Below, one piece after another: positions 52,662 through 64,000 of a DNA stretch of 64,000 nt. Source of the stretch: Azolla caroliniana (lineage: Eukaryota > Plantae > Polypodiophyta); contig JBHGNT010000002.1 of NCBI GenBank assembly GCA_043228905.1, forward strand, positions 12,400,001-12,464,000, given 5' to 3'. The position numbers and the translations under genes were made by a program. Below the pieces are notes generated by a model. That model was given only the letters and a program-made list of their open reading frames with translations. It ran no database searches and was not told the DNA's origin. The first letter of the stretch is position 1, and the number at the start of each line of letters is the position of its first letter.

Positions 52662-55600
52662 GAGGCTGGGGGCTCTGCGGAGGTGGAGCGATGGCGATCT
52701 TCAAACCCTAAAAACTCTAAGAGGACGTGACGTGGCAGGATGGGGCAGGAGAGAGAGAAAGAGAGATAGAGAACAAAAAGCGATGGATATAACTTCTTCT
52801 TTCTTCAAGAACCACACATATGCCAATGGAGCAAAAACTTGAACTCTTTGTCTCTCATCATGCACACACAATTCTCAACACACAATAGACAGATGTACAA
52901 ACACACAAAGAGGGAGAGTGAGGGATAGACTTCCTCTCAAAGGAGGGTCGTCCGTTTGGGCATGCCAAAAGTGTTAATGGGTGGGGGTGAAGCCTAGAAT
53001 AGCTACACCCCCCTCCCAAGGGGGTTACGTGTGAGGGAAAGAGAAACAATGAGACAAACACAAAATGAGAGGGAAAAAGTTATGTTACATTATGCCCCAT
53101 GGGTGGGTTTATATAGTACAAGAGGTAACCGTTACAGATAAAGAATGAGACAAGTAGGGAGTTACATTACTTACCCACTTTCTCACCTTTGTACACATGC
53201 ACACAAATGTGCATGTGTTCATACACATACACATACTCATCCTCACACACTCATTAATATTATACATACACATCAACCACATCATTACACATACCCTTAT
53301 GCCTCGTCATATATTCATACGAGTAACAACTACATAGCTCGTGTCTAAGGAAGAAGAAGAAGGAAATTTTTATCGACTTAATGAATACTCAAATGGGGAG
53401 CGCTCTCTCCCTAGCGAGAAGTTGGACAGAAACAAATTTCCATGTTGGGAGTACAAGATGCACCAATACCTTGTTGGACAAGGCTATTGGGGCTACATTC
53501 AAGGAACACAAGAAAACAAACCCAACCCAAAGAATGTCGACTACTCAACATGGGAGCAAACGACAAGGCGAGTGATGTATTGCTTGGTAACATGTGTCCA
53601 TGACCACATACTTGGCTACATTCGAGAAGGTAAGACGCCGAAGGCAGCATGGGATAATCTAAGGAAGATTTTCGTGGTCACCACAACCAGAAGAAAGCTT
53701 CAACCCCGCCAAGAGTTGAACAACATTCAACAAAAAGATATGTCCATCACAAGCTATACCTTGAAGATCAAGGAGCTTTGTGACTAACTCGGTTCAATAA
53801 GTGTCAATGTGGAGGATGATGAGATGGTGCATAATGCCTAGGTGGCCTCCTACCACAGTTTGCTACAATGAGAACCACTATCCTAGCAAGGCATAATCCT
53901 CCCTCTTTCTTCGATCCTCAATCACTGTTGTTGGTTGAAGAAAACCACGTTCGAACAAGGAGTAGCGCCTCAAAAGGCCACATGCTCTACACACACTCGG
54001 ATGGAGGAAGAGGACATGGTCGAGCACGAAGAGGCCGATTCGGCGAAGGACGAGGTGGATGAGGCCCAACAAACAACTCCAAATTTCGGCAAGAAAATGG
54101 AATCAATCGAAGAAGTGGGAGCTTTCATGCGGGTTCAAGCTGACAAAAGTCAATCGAATATGGATATTGCGGCAAAGTCGGCCACCATGAAGAAGAGTGT
54201 CGAAAGAAGAAGTGTGAGTCGGCTTCCACAAGCTGACAACTCACCAATTATGCCACCAACTCCGAATATGACTACCATGGCGGAATGTTTGTGATGAGAC
54301 ATAGAGCCAATTTTATGTTGGGCCTCCGGTCAAGAAGATGTATGGTTTGTCGACTCTGGTGTGTCGAACCACATGACATCTCGTCAAGAATGGTTCCAAG
54401 ACTTATGAGAGCCGAATTGGTGTGTCGAGATCAGAGACGACACTACTCATATGATATGGCACATCGGCAATGTCCCATTCAAGAATGAGGGCAACCAAAC
54501 ATACATTAAGAATGTCTTGCATGTACCAACCATCATGAAGAATTTGGTCCTAGTCAGCCAAATTGTAGAGCAAGGCATGCAAGTCTGCTTCAACTAAGTT
54601 CGTTGCTTCATCGAAAAGGAAGCCCGACTCATCGCTTGTGGACAAAGAGAGGGCCGAATGTTCATTCTCGATTCGTACGAGATGAAACCAGCCATGTTTG
54701 CAAAAGGCACCAAAGCTGATACGGACATAGAGCTATGACACAAAAGAATCGGCCATATCAACCACCAAAAGCTGAAGGGGATGCAATCAAAAGGAGTCGT
54801 CATCGAGCTCCCGACCTTCAAAGAGATTGAAGGTGTATGTGAAGCTTGCCAATTTGGCAAACAACATCAACACCTATTTCCAAACGAGGAAAACATGAGC
54901 AAAGGCCTCCTAGATGTGATGCACTGAGACGCATGGGGACCAACACAAACGACAACATTCAACAAATGCCGATGTTACATGAAATTCATTGAAGACTTCT
55001 CCAGGCACACCTGGATCTACCCCATGCGGCAAATGTGTAAAGTGTTCTAACACTTCAAAAAATTTAAGAATGAAGTCGAGAAAGCCACAAGTCGGCATGT
55101 CCGATGTTTTGATTGGGTGGGGGTAAGGAGTACTTCTCAGATGATTTCATAGGTTATCTCTGAAAGGAAGGAATTTGACGAGAGTTCTCCGGCCGACATA
55201 CACCGAGTCAAATAAATGGAGTAGCCGAACGCAAGAATCAACACATATTACAGGTAGCCAGGGCGATGATGAACGAAAAGAACCTACCAAAGTCGTATTG
55301 GGTTGAAGCCGCCAACACAACCGTCTACCTCATGAACATGTGTACAACCTTTGGGGTGCACGACGTAACACCCCTTGAGAAGTTTTATGGAAAGAAGCCA
55401 GATTTCTCCCACATCAGGATATTCGACTCAATTGCATATGTACATATTCCCAACGAGAAGTGACAGAAGCTGGATCCTAAGTCGAAGAAATGTATCCTCA
55501 TAGGGTACTCACTCAAATGGGGTACACGTGCTATAACCCATCTACTCGGAAAGTTCGAGTGAGTCGGCACATTGTTTTCGAGGAGTCGACATCTTGGTAC

Positions 55601-57769
55601 AAACTAGAGACAACTCCGACTCCAACCCTAGTCGACCCGGACTTGGCCAACCAAGAGATCGAAGACAAAGATCAACTGAGGCATATGTTCGAAGAAAAGT
55701 CCGATCACGACCAGGCTCAATGGGCCACAAGAACCCCCGAGCAACTAGAGCACATCTCGGCCATGTCCGAAGATGGACAAAGGCAAGGCCAAAATGTCGG
55801 AATATGAAGACGATCAATCCTACGGAAATGAATTGACCCTTGCAATAGCAAAAGGGTGGCACCTCCATCAAATGGACATAAAGAACACCTTTCTCCAAGT
55901 AGAATTAGAAGAGGAAGCGTACACGGTACAACCACCTGACTTCGAATCCAGCATCCATCCGAAAGTAGTCTGCCGACTAAAGGAACCTCTATATGGCCTT
56001 AAGCAAGCACTGTGTGCTTGGCTTTCGAAGAAAACACAATACCTTCATCAAATCAACTTTAGAATGTCAAAATCTGACAACTCCCTCTACATAAAAAGCG
56101 ATTCTAGAAGTTCGATTTTCATCATTCTATACATGGATGATTTGGTCATTGGAGGTGAGCATCTAGTCGACATGAAGGGCATAGCTATGGCTACATGTGA
56201 AGCCATCTGGCTGAAGAGAATCGTCAAGAATCTCGACATTCCCATCAAGGATCCGACTCCCCTTTAATGCGACAACATGACCAGTATTTATCTGGCTCGG
56301 AACCTAGTGTTCCATGCACGCACAGAGCATATCAAAGTGCACTATCACTTCATTTGAGAGCACGTTCAGGTTGGAGATGTCAACCTTCAACACATCAACA
56401 TGAATTTTCAGACAACCGACATCTTCACCAAAGCACTAGGAGCCGACAAGCTTCATCAATTCATGTCACTGTTATTGACTTGGATAACATGGTGTCGAAT
56501 ATTTGGTCCTTTGTCTATTCGACTTAAGGTCTTGTGTTTAGGAAAAGGATTTCGTTTCGCTTTGAATCGTTCAGGACTCCAAACTATATGGACTTACAAA
56601 TGAATCAAACAGAGAATGACTGTGCGATTATGGAGATGACCACACTGGCTACAACTGATTGGTTAAACAACGTTTACTCAAAACGTAAAGACTCGACATA
56701 GAGAAATTGCAACACAGTTTCTTACATAGAGTATAAGGAGTAAACAAAATTCTATTATCGGCTCAATGATACAGAAAAGTTCGATTAACGTTTACAAGCT
56801 TTCCATGGCCCTTTTTATAGAGGTCATGCACGATTACGACTATGCATGAACCATTACTGCATATTCAATACTTTACTATTTTTCTATTCACTATTTCCTA
56901 CTCTTGCTTCTTTATTGCGTCGCTCGGACCTACTCATTACCAATTCGACTCGTAGCCATTTTCCACCCCTTCCACACTTGGTCTTCTAACTCGGCCAACA
57001 CATGGCACGCCTATGGGATAGTGCATGCACAGCCGAACCCACGCCTATGGGATGTTCGGCTCTGTCGAAGTCGATTCCGGTTCGCGCTGTTGGTTTGGGG
57101 TCTGGGTTGGATCCGGCTCATCGATTTCTTCAATCCGTTCATTTTCCGGCGGAGACATGTGGGGTTGTGGGTCGGGAGGGGTCGTAAGCTGCGTTGGTTG
57201 CTCGGTCATCCCCGGAATTTCTTTGGCTAATAGCTGATCTGTAATTTCCGCATCGAGGGTTGGTGCGGGCTTGGTGGGATGAAGGACATCCGACGATTGT
57301 TCATTTGATTCACTATCGAGGAGCGGGATGATTTCTGACTCTTTAGTAGTGGTCTGCTCCTTTTCCGCATCCACGTTATCGTGTGGTTTTTCACACACGA
57401 TATGAAAACTAGTAAAATAAGTATTTAAGATTAGCTTAATGGATTGATATGAGAAGATAGATATATTCAAGAGCTTTATAACGCATTTTTCTACATATAA
57501 AATGGACAACTACATATCAAGTTATGTGGACATAAAGTTGAGAAGTTAAGGAAAATAGAATTTTGAAGTATCCCACATAGATAGGAAACTTTGGGAGACA
57601 ACTATATAAGCAGATTGAGAACCGTCATTTTTCATCTATGTGTTAAGAGCACAAAAGAAATAGTTGTGCTTGGGCCACTTTTGTCTAGAAGGACAAATGT
57701 GGCTAAGTCGCTGGAAGTGGCTAAGTTGCTCGAACCGGCTGGTGAAGGAACTCAAACTGGTCGGTGATA

Positions 57770-58368
57770 GTACCGAAAACCGGATGGAGCCGGCAACTAG
57801 ATGGAACCAGCGTACAACCGGTGACCGGGCAAAGTCGGCAACCGGAAACTGGATGGATTTGGTAACTAGAAACCAGTCGGGATCCAAAAGCCGGTGATCG
57901 AGTGGATTCGGCAACCGGAAACTAGAAGGATCTCGCAACTGGCAACCGAACGAGATCCGGAAACTAGCGACCGAGCAGATTTAGCAACCGGAAACCGGAC
58001 GGAGCCGATGACCGGACGAATCCAGCAACCGACGACTGGCTGGATTTGGCAATTGGAAACCGGACGGAGCCGGCAACCGGACGGATCCGGCAACTGGAGA
58101 CCGGGCGGATCCAGCTACTGGAAACTGGACGAAGTCGACGACCGGATGGAACCTGCAATCGAATCGGAATCGGACGACGACAGAATCGGAACCGAACTGG
58201 ACGGATCCGACAATCGGTGACCGGATGGATTCGGTAACCGGAGACTGGGCGGATTCGACAACCGGAGATCAGACGGTGCCGGCAACTAGATGGAACTGGC
58301 GATCGAACCGGAACCGGACGATGACAGAACCGGAACCGGACTGGACGGAGGCGGACCGAACGGATCAT
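57770..58368. repeat. GC-rich degenerate tandem array of ~20-bp units (ggatccggcaaccggaaac)
   Basis: Repeated gcaaccgg / accggatgga / gaaccgga units. Confidence 0.88.
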
Positions 58369-58639
58369 AGCATGGGCTAAACTTTACGGATTATTGGATC
58401 ATGCGGCAAATTAAAGTAAAGTAAAGAAAACTAAAGTAAAGGCCATGTGGACGGTCGCATGCAACTAAAAGAAAAAGCCATGCAACGAAAAATGGATGCA
58501 ACTAAAAGTAGAGGTCATGCAACTAAAAATGGATGTAACTAAAAGTAGAGGCCATGCAACTAAAAGTGGGAATGCAAAGTAACATTGAAGGCTATGATCA
58601 ACGGAGAACTCCATATATATATATATATTTCCTAGACTC

Positions 58640-59180
58640 ATCCTCTCTCCATTTTTATTTTCTTTTCCTTCTTAGCTCCCTTATCTTATTGAAGCCATAA
58701 CACTCAAAAACCCTAATTTTCCCTATGGAAGCCATAACACTCAAAAACCCTAATTTTTCCTACGGAAGCCATATCTCTTGTATAACCTAATCCTAATTTT
58801 CCCTACAGAAGCCATGTCTCTCGTATAACCTAATCGTAATTTTCCCTACGGAAGCCATAACACTCAAAAACCCTAATTTCCCCTACGGAAGCCATATCTC
58901 TCAAAACCCCTCTCTCCATTTTTATTTTCTTTTCCTTCTTAGCTCCCTTATCTTATCGAAGCCATGACACTCAAAAACCCTAATCTTCCCTACGGAAGCC
59001 ATAACACTCAAAAACCCTAATTTTTCCTACGGAAGCCATATCTCTTGTATAACCTAATCCTAATTTTCCCTATGGAAGCCATGTCTCTCGTATAACCTAA
59101 TCCTAATTTTCCCTACGAAAGCCATAACACTCAAAAACCCTAATTTCCCCTACAGAAGCCATATCTCTCAAAACCCCTTA
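58640..59180. repeat. About 39-bp AAACCCTAAT-containing repeats in a ~270-bp higher-order duplication
   Basis: gaagccataacactcaaaaaccctaattttccctacg units; cctctctccatttttattttc block at ~58642 and ~58909. Confidence 0.88.
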
Positions 59181-61394
59181 TTTTTCTTTTCTATTAATCT
59201 CAGTAAACCTAACACTTCTGAATCTCAATCTTGGGACATATTGTAATTTCTTTTCCTTCGTTAATGAAAATTATTAAATTCCTTATTTCCGTTAATTGGT
59301 AAAAATATAAAAGCACGAATGTGATATCCTCTAGTCGGAGGCCCCGGGGTCTTGCCTCAAGTTCACATGTCCTTGTCGTATTTCCGCGACAACGCGTATG
59401 CTTCCATTTCGAGTGCGAAGTCGATTTGATCTTCACCGAATTTTTCCGGAAGCTGCGTTGTTCCTGCGAAGTGTTGTGCCCCGAGCATGTTGACACTCTC
59501 TTCTTCAAGCTTATAGAACCCGTAACCTTTTTTCTTGCAATTTTCCTTTTTCACCCGAAATATCTGGAGTTCGGCAGCTTGTTCGGACTAGTCGTCCCAA
59601 CCTCGTTGTAGCCTGTTGGATATCATCTGGAGGGCATTGTCTTTCCTCGTTTCGAGTAGTGTTCGGATCCTCTCCTCCAACATTTCCGTCTTCGTGCACA
59701 TATGCTCGATGGTTGCTTCAAGTTGCATTATTTTGCTTGCGGCGTGTCTTGATTGTAATGTGTACCGGTCCTAGATGAGGCGCATATTCGTTCGTAGGAT
59801 GTCCAATTCCTTGGTGTACATCTCCTCCATCTGAGCCATTTCCATCCGCACGCAAAATTGGATTTCCTTTGCCAACTTATTCTCAATTGCCATATGCTCT
59901 TTGTACCACTCCTTCTGCTTTGATTTCGCCTCGCAAAGTTCATTGATTGTCTGCTCCGCGTGTGTGGTGCTTTCGTTTGTCGAGGCCTGTTAGGGTTCGA
60001 TTGTGCGTGATCATGAACGTGTCGAGCTTGTCTTGGAGGGAGTTCGCATTTTTTGGGGCTGTGGCCCGAACACCTTTCTCGCGATTCGAGGATTGTTGAA
60101 AGTTCGGACTGGAACTGCTCGATGTCTGCTTCCACCAACACCATTTATTTCTTTGCTTTGGCCATTATTGCTTGTTGGGGCTCAACCTCCTCGCGTCATG
60201 CCCGATAGACATTAATGGAGGAACATTCTGCGGCATTTTGTAGTTGTAGTTACCTTCTTGCAACTCCTATATCTGCCGCTTGTGCGCCTTCTCCATTCGT
60301 CTCGCTTGCTTATTCTTGTATGCCATGTCCTTTGCTCCGAGTCGCACCTAAGCCAACCCTTGGTGCACTTTGACCAAGGCCATGTGTAGTGTTGACAATT
60401 CAACTGCCGTGTGGGCTCTGTCTGCATGCCGTTACCCGCCGATCTTGCTCAAGAAATTCTTCTCTTCTTGCTTTATTAATGTAGCAATGGCACGCTGGAT
60501 CATTTGGCACTCTGCGTGTTCTTCGACCATGTGCCTGACAGTGGCGACTTGTTGTGTAGTGAGGAATTCGACTAGTTAGAATGTCGTGTCGAACTGTAAG
60601 ATAGCCGCGAATTCATGCGCTAACACCGAGATCTCCCGATAAGCAAGGACTTCATTTTCCTAAATTAAGGATCCTTACCCCTATTCCAGCTTCCTGGTAA
60701 GTGTGGTTCCTTTTGTTGTGTTTGGAACAATTGTTGCCGACGACTCGATCGGTGCCTCTCTAGCCGGCTTTATGGCTCCGTCTTTCACCAGGTCTTGGCC
60801 GTTTTTTCGCTCCAAACAATGGTGTTTTGGTTTGGGGCTCAGGGCAGGTCTGGCTCCACAAACTCCATCTATCGACCCTTTGTGGTGTTGGTGGTGGATG
60901 CCGATTTTGAAGGAGTGGAGGGTGCGGTTTTTTGAGGCCACTCACTTTGTTCGTCTTGCCACTCACTAGTCTGAAGTTCTCCAAGAAATTTCTTTCAACC
61001 AGAGACTTATGTTTGTGCCACTGCTTGGTCGTTCTAGGTGGGCAGTGGCAGTGCTATGGTTGGTGGAAACAATATTGTCAAGGGAGATCTTTAACCAACA
61101 CACTCAAGCCTTCCTTTTGTGAAGTTTGACGAGGGAGATCTTTAACCAACATTCTTCGAGCCATTTCCACAAGTGTGAACGAGTAGTTATTGGCTTCCTT
61201 GGACTACGTTGTCTACATGCAAAAGAGCTTTCAATAGTTTTGCATGCCCCCCCCCCCCCCCCCCCCCCCCCCTCCCTTTATTCGTTTCGGTTAAAACGGA
61301 AATATACAATCATTTTACAATAATGGCACATTATTTATCCCTCAACTGTTATTTTGTAGACATGAGGTTAATGTGCAAAACAGTCATATTGTGA

Positions 61395-61897
61395 AATGGA
61401 AATATTAGGAGTATGTGACAGAAAATATAGTGAAGGGACTCGTTAGTAAGTGTATCAAGGAAATACCCTTATCTTAGAGTTTAAGAAGCAACTCGGGGGA
61501 GTTCATTCCGCATAACTTTAGAAGTTATTGGCAAAATTCACAGATCAAGGAATGTATAAATACCTTACCACCAGATGTTATGGTATCCGTTATTGACTTT
61601 GCATAGAATTATGCGTTTAAAGTTCAAAATGAGCTTCAATCAATGCATTGGTACAATGACCAATGTACAATACTTGTACATATTTGCTACTACAGACAAG
61701 ATGGTGAGTTACATAAGAAATCAATATTCTACATTTCGGATGATAAAATGCATGATATGCTATTTGTTCAACATTTTTTTAAGCTTCACCATGCAGATTT
61801 ATTGTCCCTAGGTGTTAACTTCAATCACTGTTGGGTTTGGTGTGATGGTGTTGCCTCGTAGTTTAAGGCGGCAAGGTCATTCTACTTCATTGCAAGG
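61395..61897 (+). pseudogene. Second, divergent Sola2-like transposase relic
   Basis: HNFRSYWQ...VSVIDFA*NYAFKVQNELQSMHW...YISDDKMHDMLFVQH...WVWCDGVAS*FKAARSFYFIAR is colinear with the 604-aa ORF at 26614; ends at a donor-like AAG|GTGAAT. Confidence 0.85.
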
Positions 61898-62221
61898 TGA
61901 ATTTTAATCCCTATGTTTAGTACTTATAAAGCAATGTCTAGTGTAGTAATACTTCATAATTCATTACCTATTGCATTAGTTTTCTACCACTACTAGAATA
62001 TTCTATGAACACTCATAAAAATGTTTGTATAAAATACAATTAGTAATTCTCCTACTTCTAGTGTTCGAAGTTAACATCTTAGTACTGTACTCCATTTTGC
62101 ATCTGTACTAATTGTCTACTCACTAAATGTTTTAGTATTCTTACTAACAACTTTGTATTGTGTTATCATGTCCATCACTAGAAATTGTCATGTTAAGGAT
62201 TCTTATGTTACAACTTAGTAC

Positions 62222-64000
62222 TGTTTTGAAATGTGAATCTTAAGATTTGGACCGTAGATAGACAAGAAAGATAGACTGAAAATGTACAAAATAGAAAACA
62301 AGAAACAAGATACACAGGATTTACGTGGAAACCCTAAAACAAGGGAAAATCATGGGCAACAGATCTTCACTATGAATAGAGGTACAGATAGAAAAATAGA
62401 TTACAAATCTCTACTAAACAAAGAATACCCACTTAGGGTTTGGGCTAGTTCCACTAAACTATGCCTCTCTCGCGCGCGTCTCTTCTTACTCTCTGCTCCA
62501 CTAACTTCTACTCTCGACTACAGAAGCTCTATACACATCATTACTAATAAGTTTGCCCAAGCTATTCATATTTATAGGAGGGATATGTTAATATTATTAT
62601 AATATATATAATAATAATTAATCGGCCCGACTTGTCGGCATCTGTCCAATGTAGTCTACTATCATAGTTGACTCTCGATCTCCTTCAAACGAGTCGACCA
62701 CCCTGTCGGCTCATTGGACAATTCGATCGACCATCTTGCATTCAGCTTGTCGATTCGACTGTTGACTTCTCGCTTGACTTTGATTGTCGACATCTCCCAT
62801 AGGAGGGACAAATTACTAGCAAACATTCCCTTCACTCCTACAGGTAGAGTTGGCTTGTCTTGTCTTCTGTCAATAGACTTTGAGTCTGTCCATAAGTAGT
62901 GGTTTCATAAGCATGTAGGATTCAATATCATCAGTATGGAGCTTCGCAAGAGTAAACTCTCCTCCATCCACCTTCTCTGAATATGCTTGGTCCAAGAGTG
63001 ACGCATTCTTGGCTAGATGTATGGCACTCTGACTATCACAACGGAGCATGAATTCTCCTTGCTTCATTCCCAGATCACTGAGAAAACTCCTCATCCATAT
63101 TAGCTCCTTACCAGCCTCTACAACAACCATATATGCTGCCTTTGTGGTCAACAAAGCCACAATATTTTGTAATCTTGATTGCCACGACACCTCCCCCTGC
63201 ATAGGTCATCACATAACCTAATGTGGATTAGCTTGAGTCTACATCCCCCGACATGTCTGAATCCGTAACACCTTCGAGGATAGGTTTACCCTTGAGGTGC
63301 CTTTCAAGTACATGAGTATCCACTTGACCACTCCCAGTGCTCTCGACCCGGATTACTCATATATCGTCTCATGGTTCCGACTGCAAATCTATGTATGGTC
63401 TCGTATAGACCGTAACATACATTAAACTACCGACGACCGTGGGATATGCTACTTTTCTCATCTTGGCCTTGTCCTTCTCCCATTTTGGACATTGCCTAGC
63501 ATTGAACTTGCAATTAATCGGCAACATAGACCTTACTGGTTTTGCTTTTGACATGTTGAATCTTTCCAAGATCTTTGTCACATGCTTCTGTTGTGACAAC
63601 CACAATGTGTTCTTAGTTCTGTCACAAACTATGTGCATCCCCAATATTTTCTTTGTCGGTCCAAGATCTTTTATGGTCGACTTGCCGAGTGCTTTCTTCA
63701 AGTTCGCAATCTTCTTGGTGTCTTGTCCGACCACTAACATGTCGTCAACATATAGCAAGAGAATCAAGAAATCACCTTCATCAAAACTTTTGACAAACAC
63801 ACAATGATCAGCTTGTGTTTTATGGAACGCATGTTCCAACATGAAGGATTTGAACTTGTTGTACCATTGGTGTGGATCTTGTACCATCTGTATGGTGGGT
63901 GCAAAGATCTCATCAAAATCGACCCCTTTCTTCTACTAAAACCCCCCTTTACTATGATTCGGGCCTTGTATCTGGGTGAGCAGCCATTTTCCCCATTTTT
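62222..64000 (-). mobile_element. Copia element 3' end: LTR 62222-62825, PPT, RNase H/RT; runs off the window
   Basis: TGTTT...AAACA LTR; PPT ggagtgaagggaa; VSWQSRLQ, CDSQSAIHLAKN, LLYVDDML motifs. Confidence 0.9.

Larger units (their letters stand above)
50236..53327 (-). mobile_element. Non-autonomous LTR element (3.1 kb) whose interior is captured host-gene fragments
   Basis: Direct repeats 50236-~50595 and 52972-53327 (TGTTA...TAACA); TSD actat/actac (50231-50235, 53328-53332; 1 mismatch); PBS-like ttttggcatgccc on the minus strand beside the right LTR; no gag/pol motifs inside. Confidence 0.8.
49990..56469 (+). mobile_element. Decayed, internally deleted copia element (partial LTR, PBS 50133-50144, gag-pol 53390-56469), interrupted in its leader by the element at 50236-53327
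   Basis: tggtattagagc PBS; EKLDRNKFPCWEYKM gag; HIRIFDSIAYVHIP; HQMDIKN; LYMDDLVI; CDN...FHARTEH. Confidence 0.85.
56470..61200. mobile_element. Unclassified retroelement-like segment (LTR-like start TGTTATTG at 56470, repeat-rich spacer, decayed minus-strand coiled-coil/Pro-rich ORFs)
   Basis: Cuts off copia RNase H at a TG; contains repeat arrays typical of large gypsy non-coding regions; no diagnostic enzyme motif recognised. Confidence 0.4.

Noticed and set aside
58640-59180. Interstitial telomere
   Set aside because: AAACCCT occurs once per ~39-bp unit, not as contiguous heptamer repeats; the same applies to 33950-34400.
61246-61272. Poly-C tract and the poly-Pro ORFs across it
   Set aside because: Simple homopolymer of unreliable length with no other coding signal.

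Overview
This is repeat-saturated land-plant nuclear DNA; a fern or other non-seed plant is a guess from the element types, not proven. I found no intact host gene. Most of the window is nested, decayed Ty1/copia and Ty3/gypsy LTR retrotransposons. Three things stand out. (1) An 11.7-kb DNA transposon (23233-34947; 25-bp TIRs GGG...CCC, 4-bp TSD TAAA) encodes a spliced Sola2-like DDD transposase and a convergent multi-exon cargo gene (unknown N-domain, coiled coil, RING-H2, and possibly an alternatively spliced FCP1/SCP-like pseudophosphatase exon). Two of its large introns are filled with a palindromic TAGCTAATTAGCTA satellite that also sits just inside both TIRs. (2) A very young, almost intact chromovirus-type gypsy element (16180-23191) has non-canonical TG...TA LTR ends and lies 41 bp from the DNA transposon. 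(3) A 3.1-kb non-autonomous LTR element (50236-53327) carries a chain of captured host-gene fragments (WDR74/NSA1-like, mitochondrial HSP70, bulb-lectin/S-domain). A second, divergent Sola2-like transposase relic lies at about 61.4-61.9 kb. All family assignments come from motif recognition by eye; no database searches were run.
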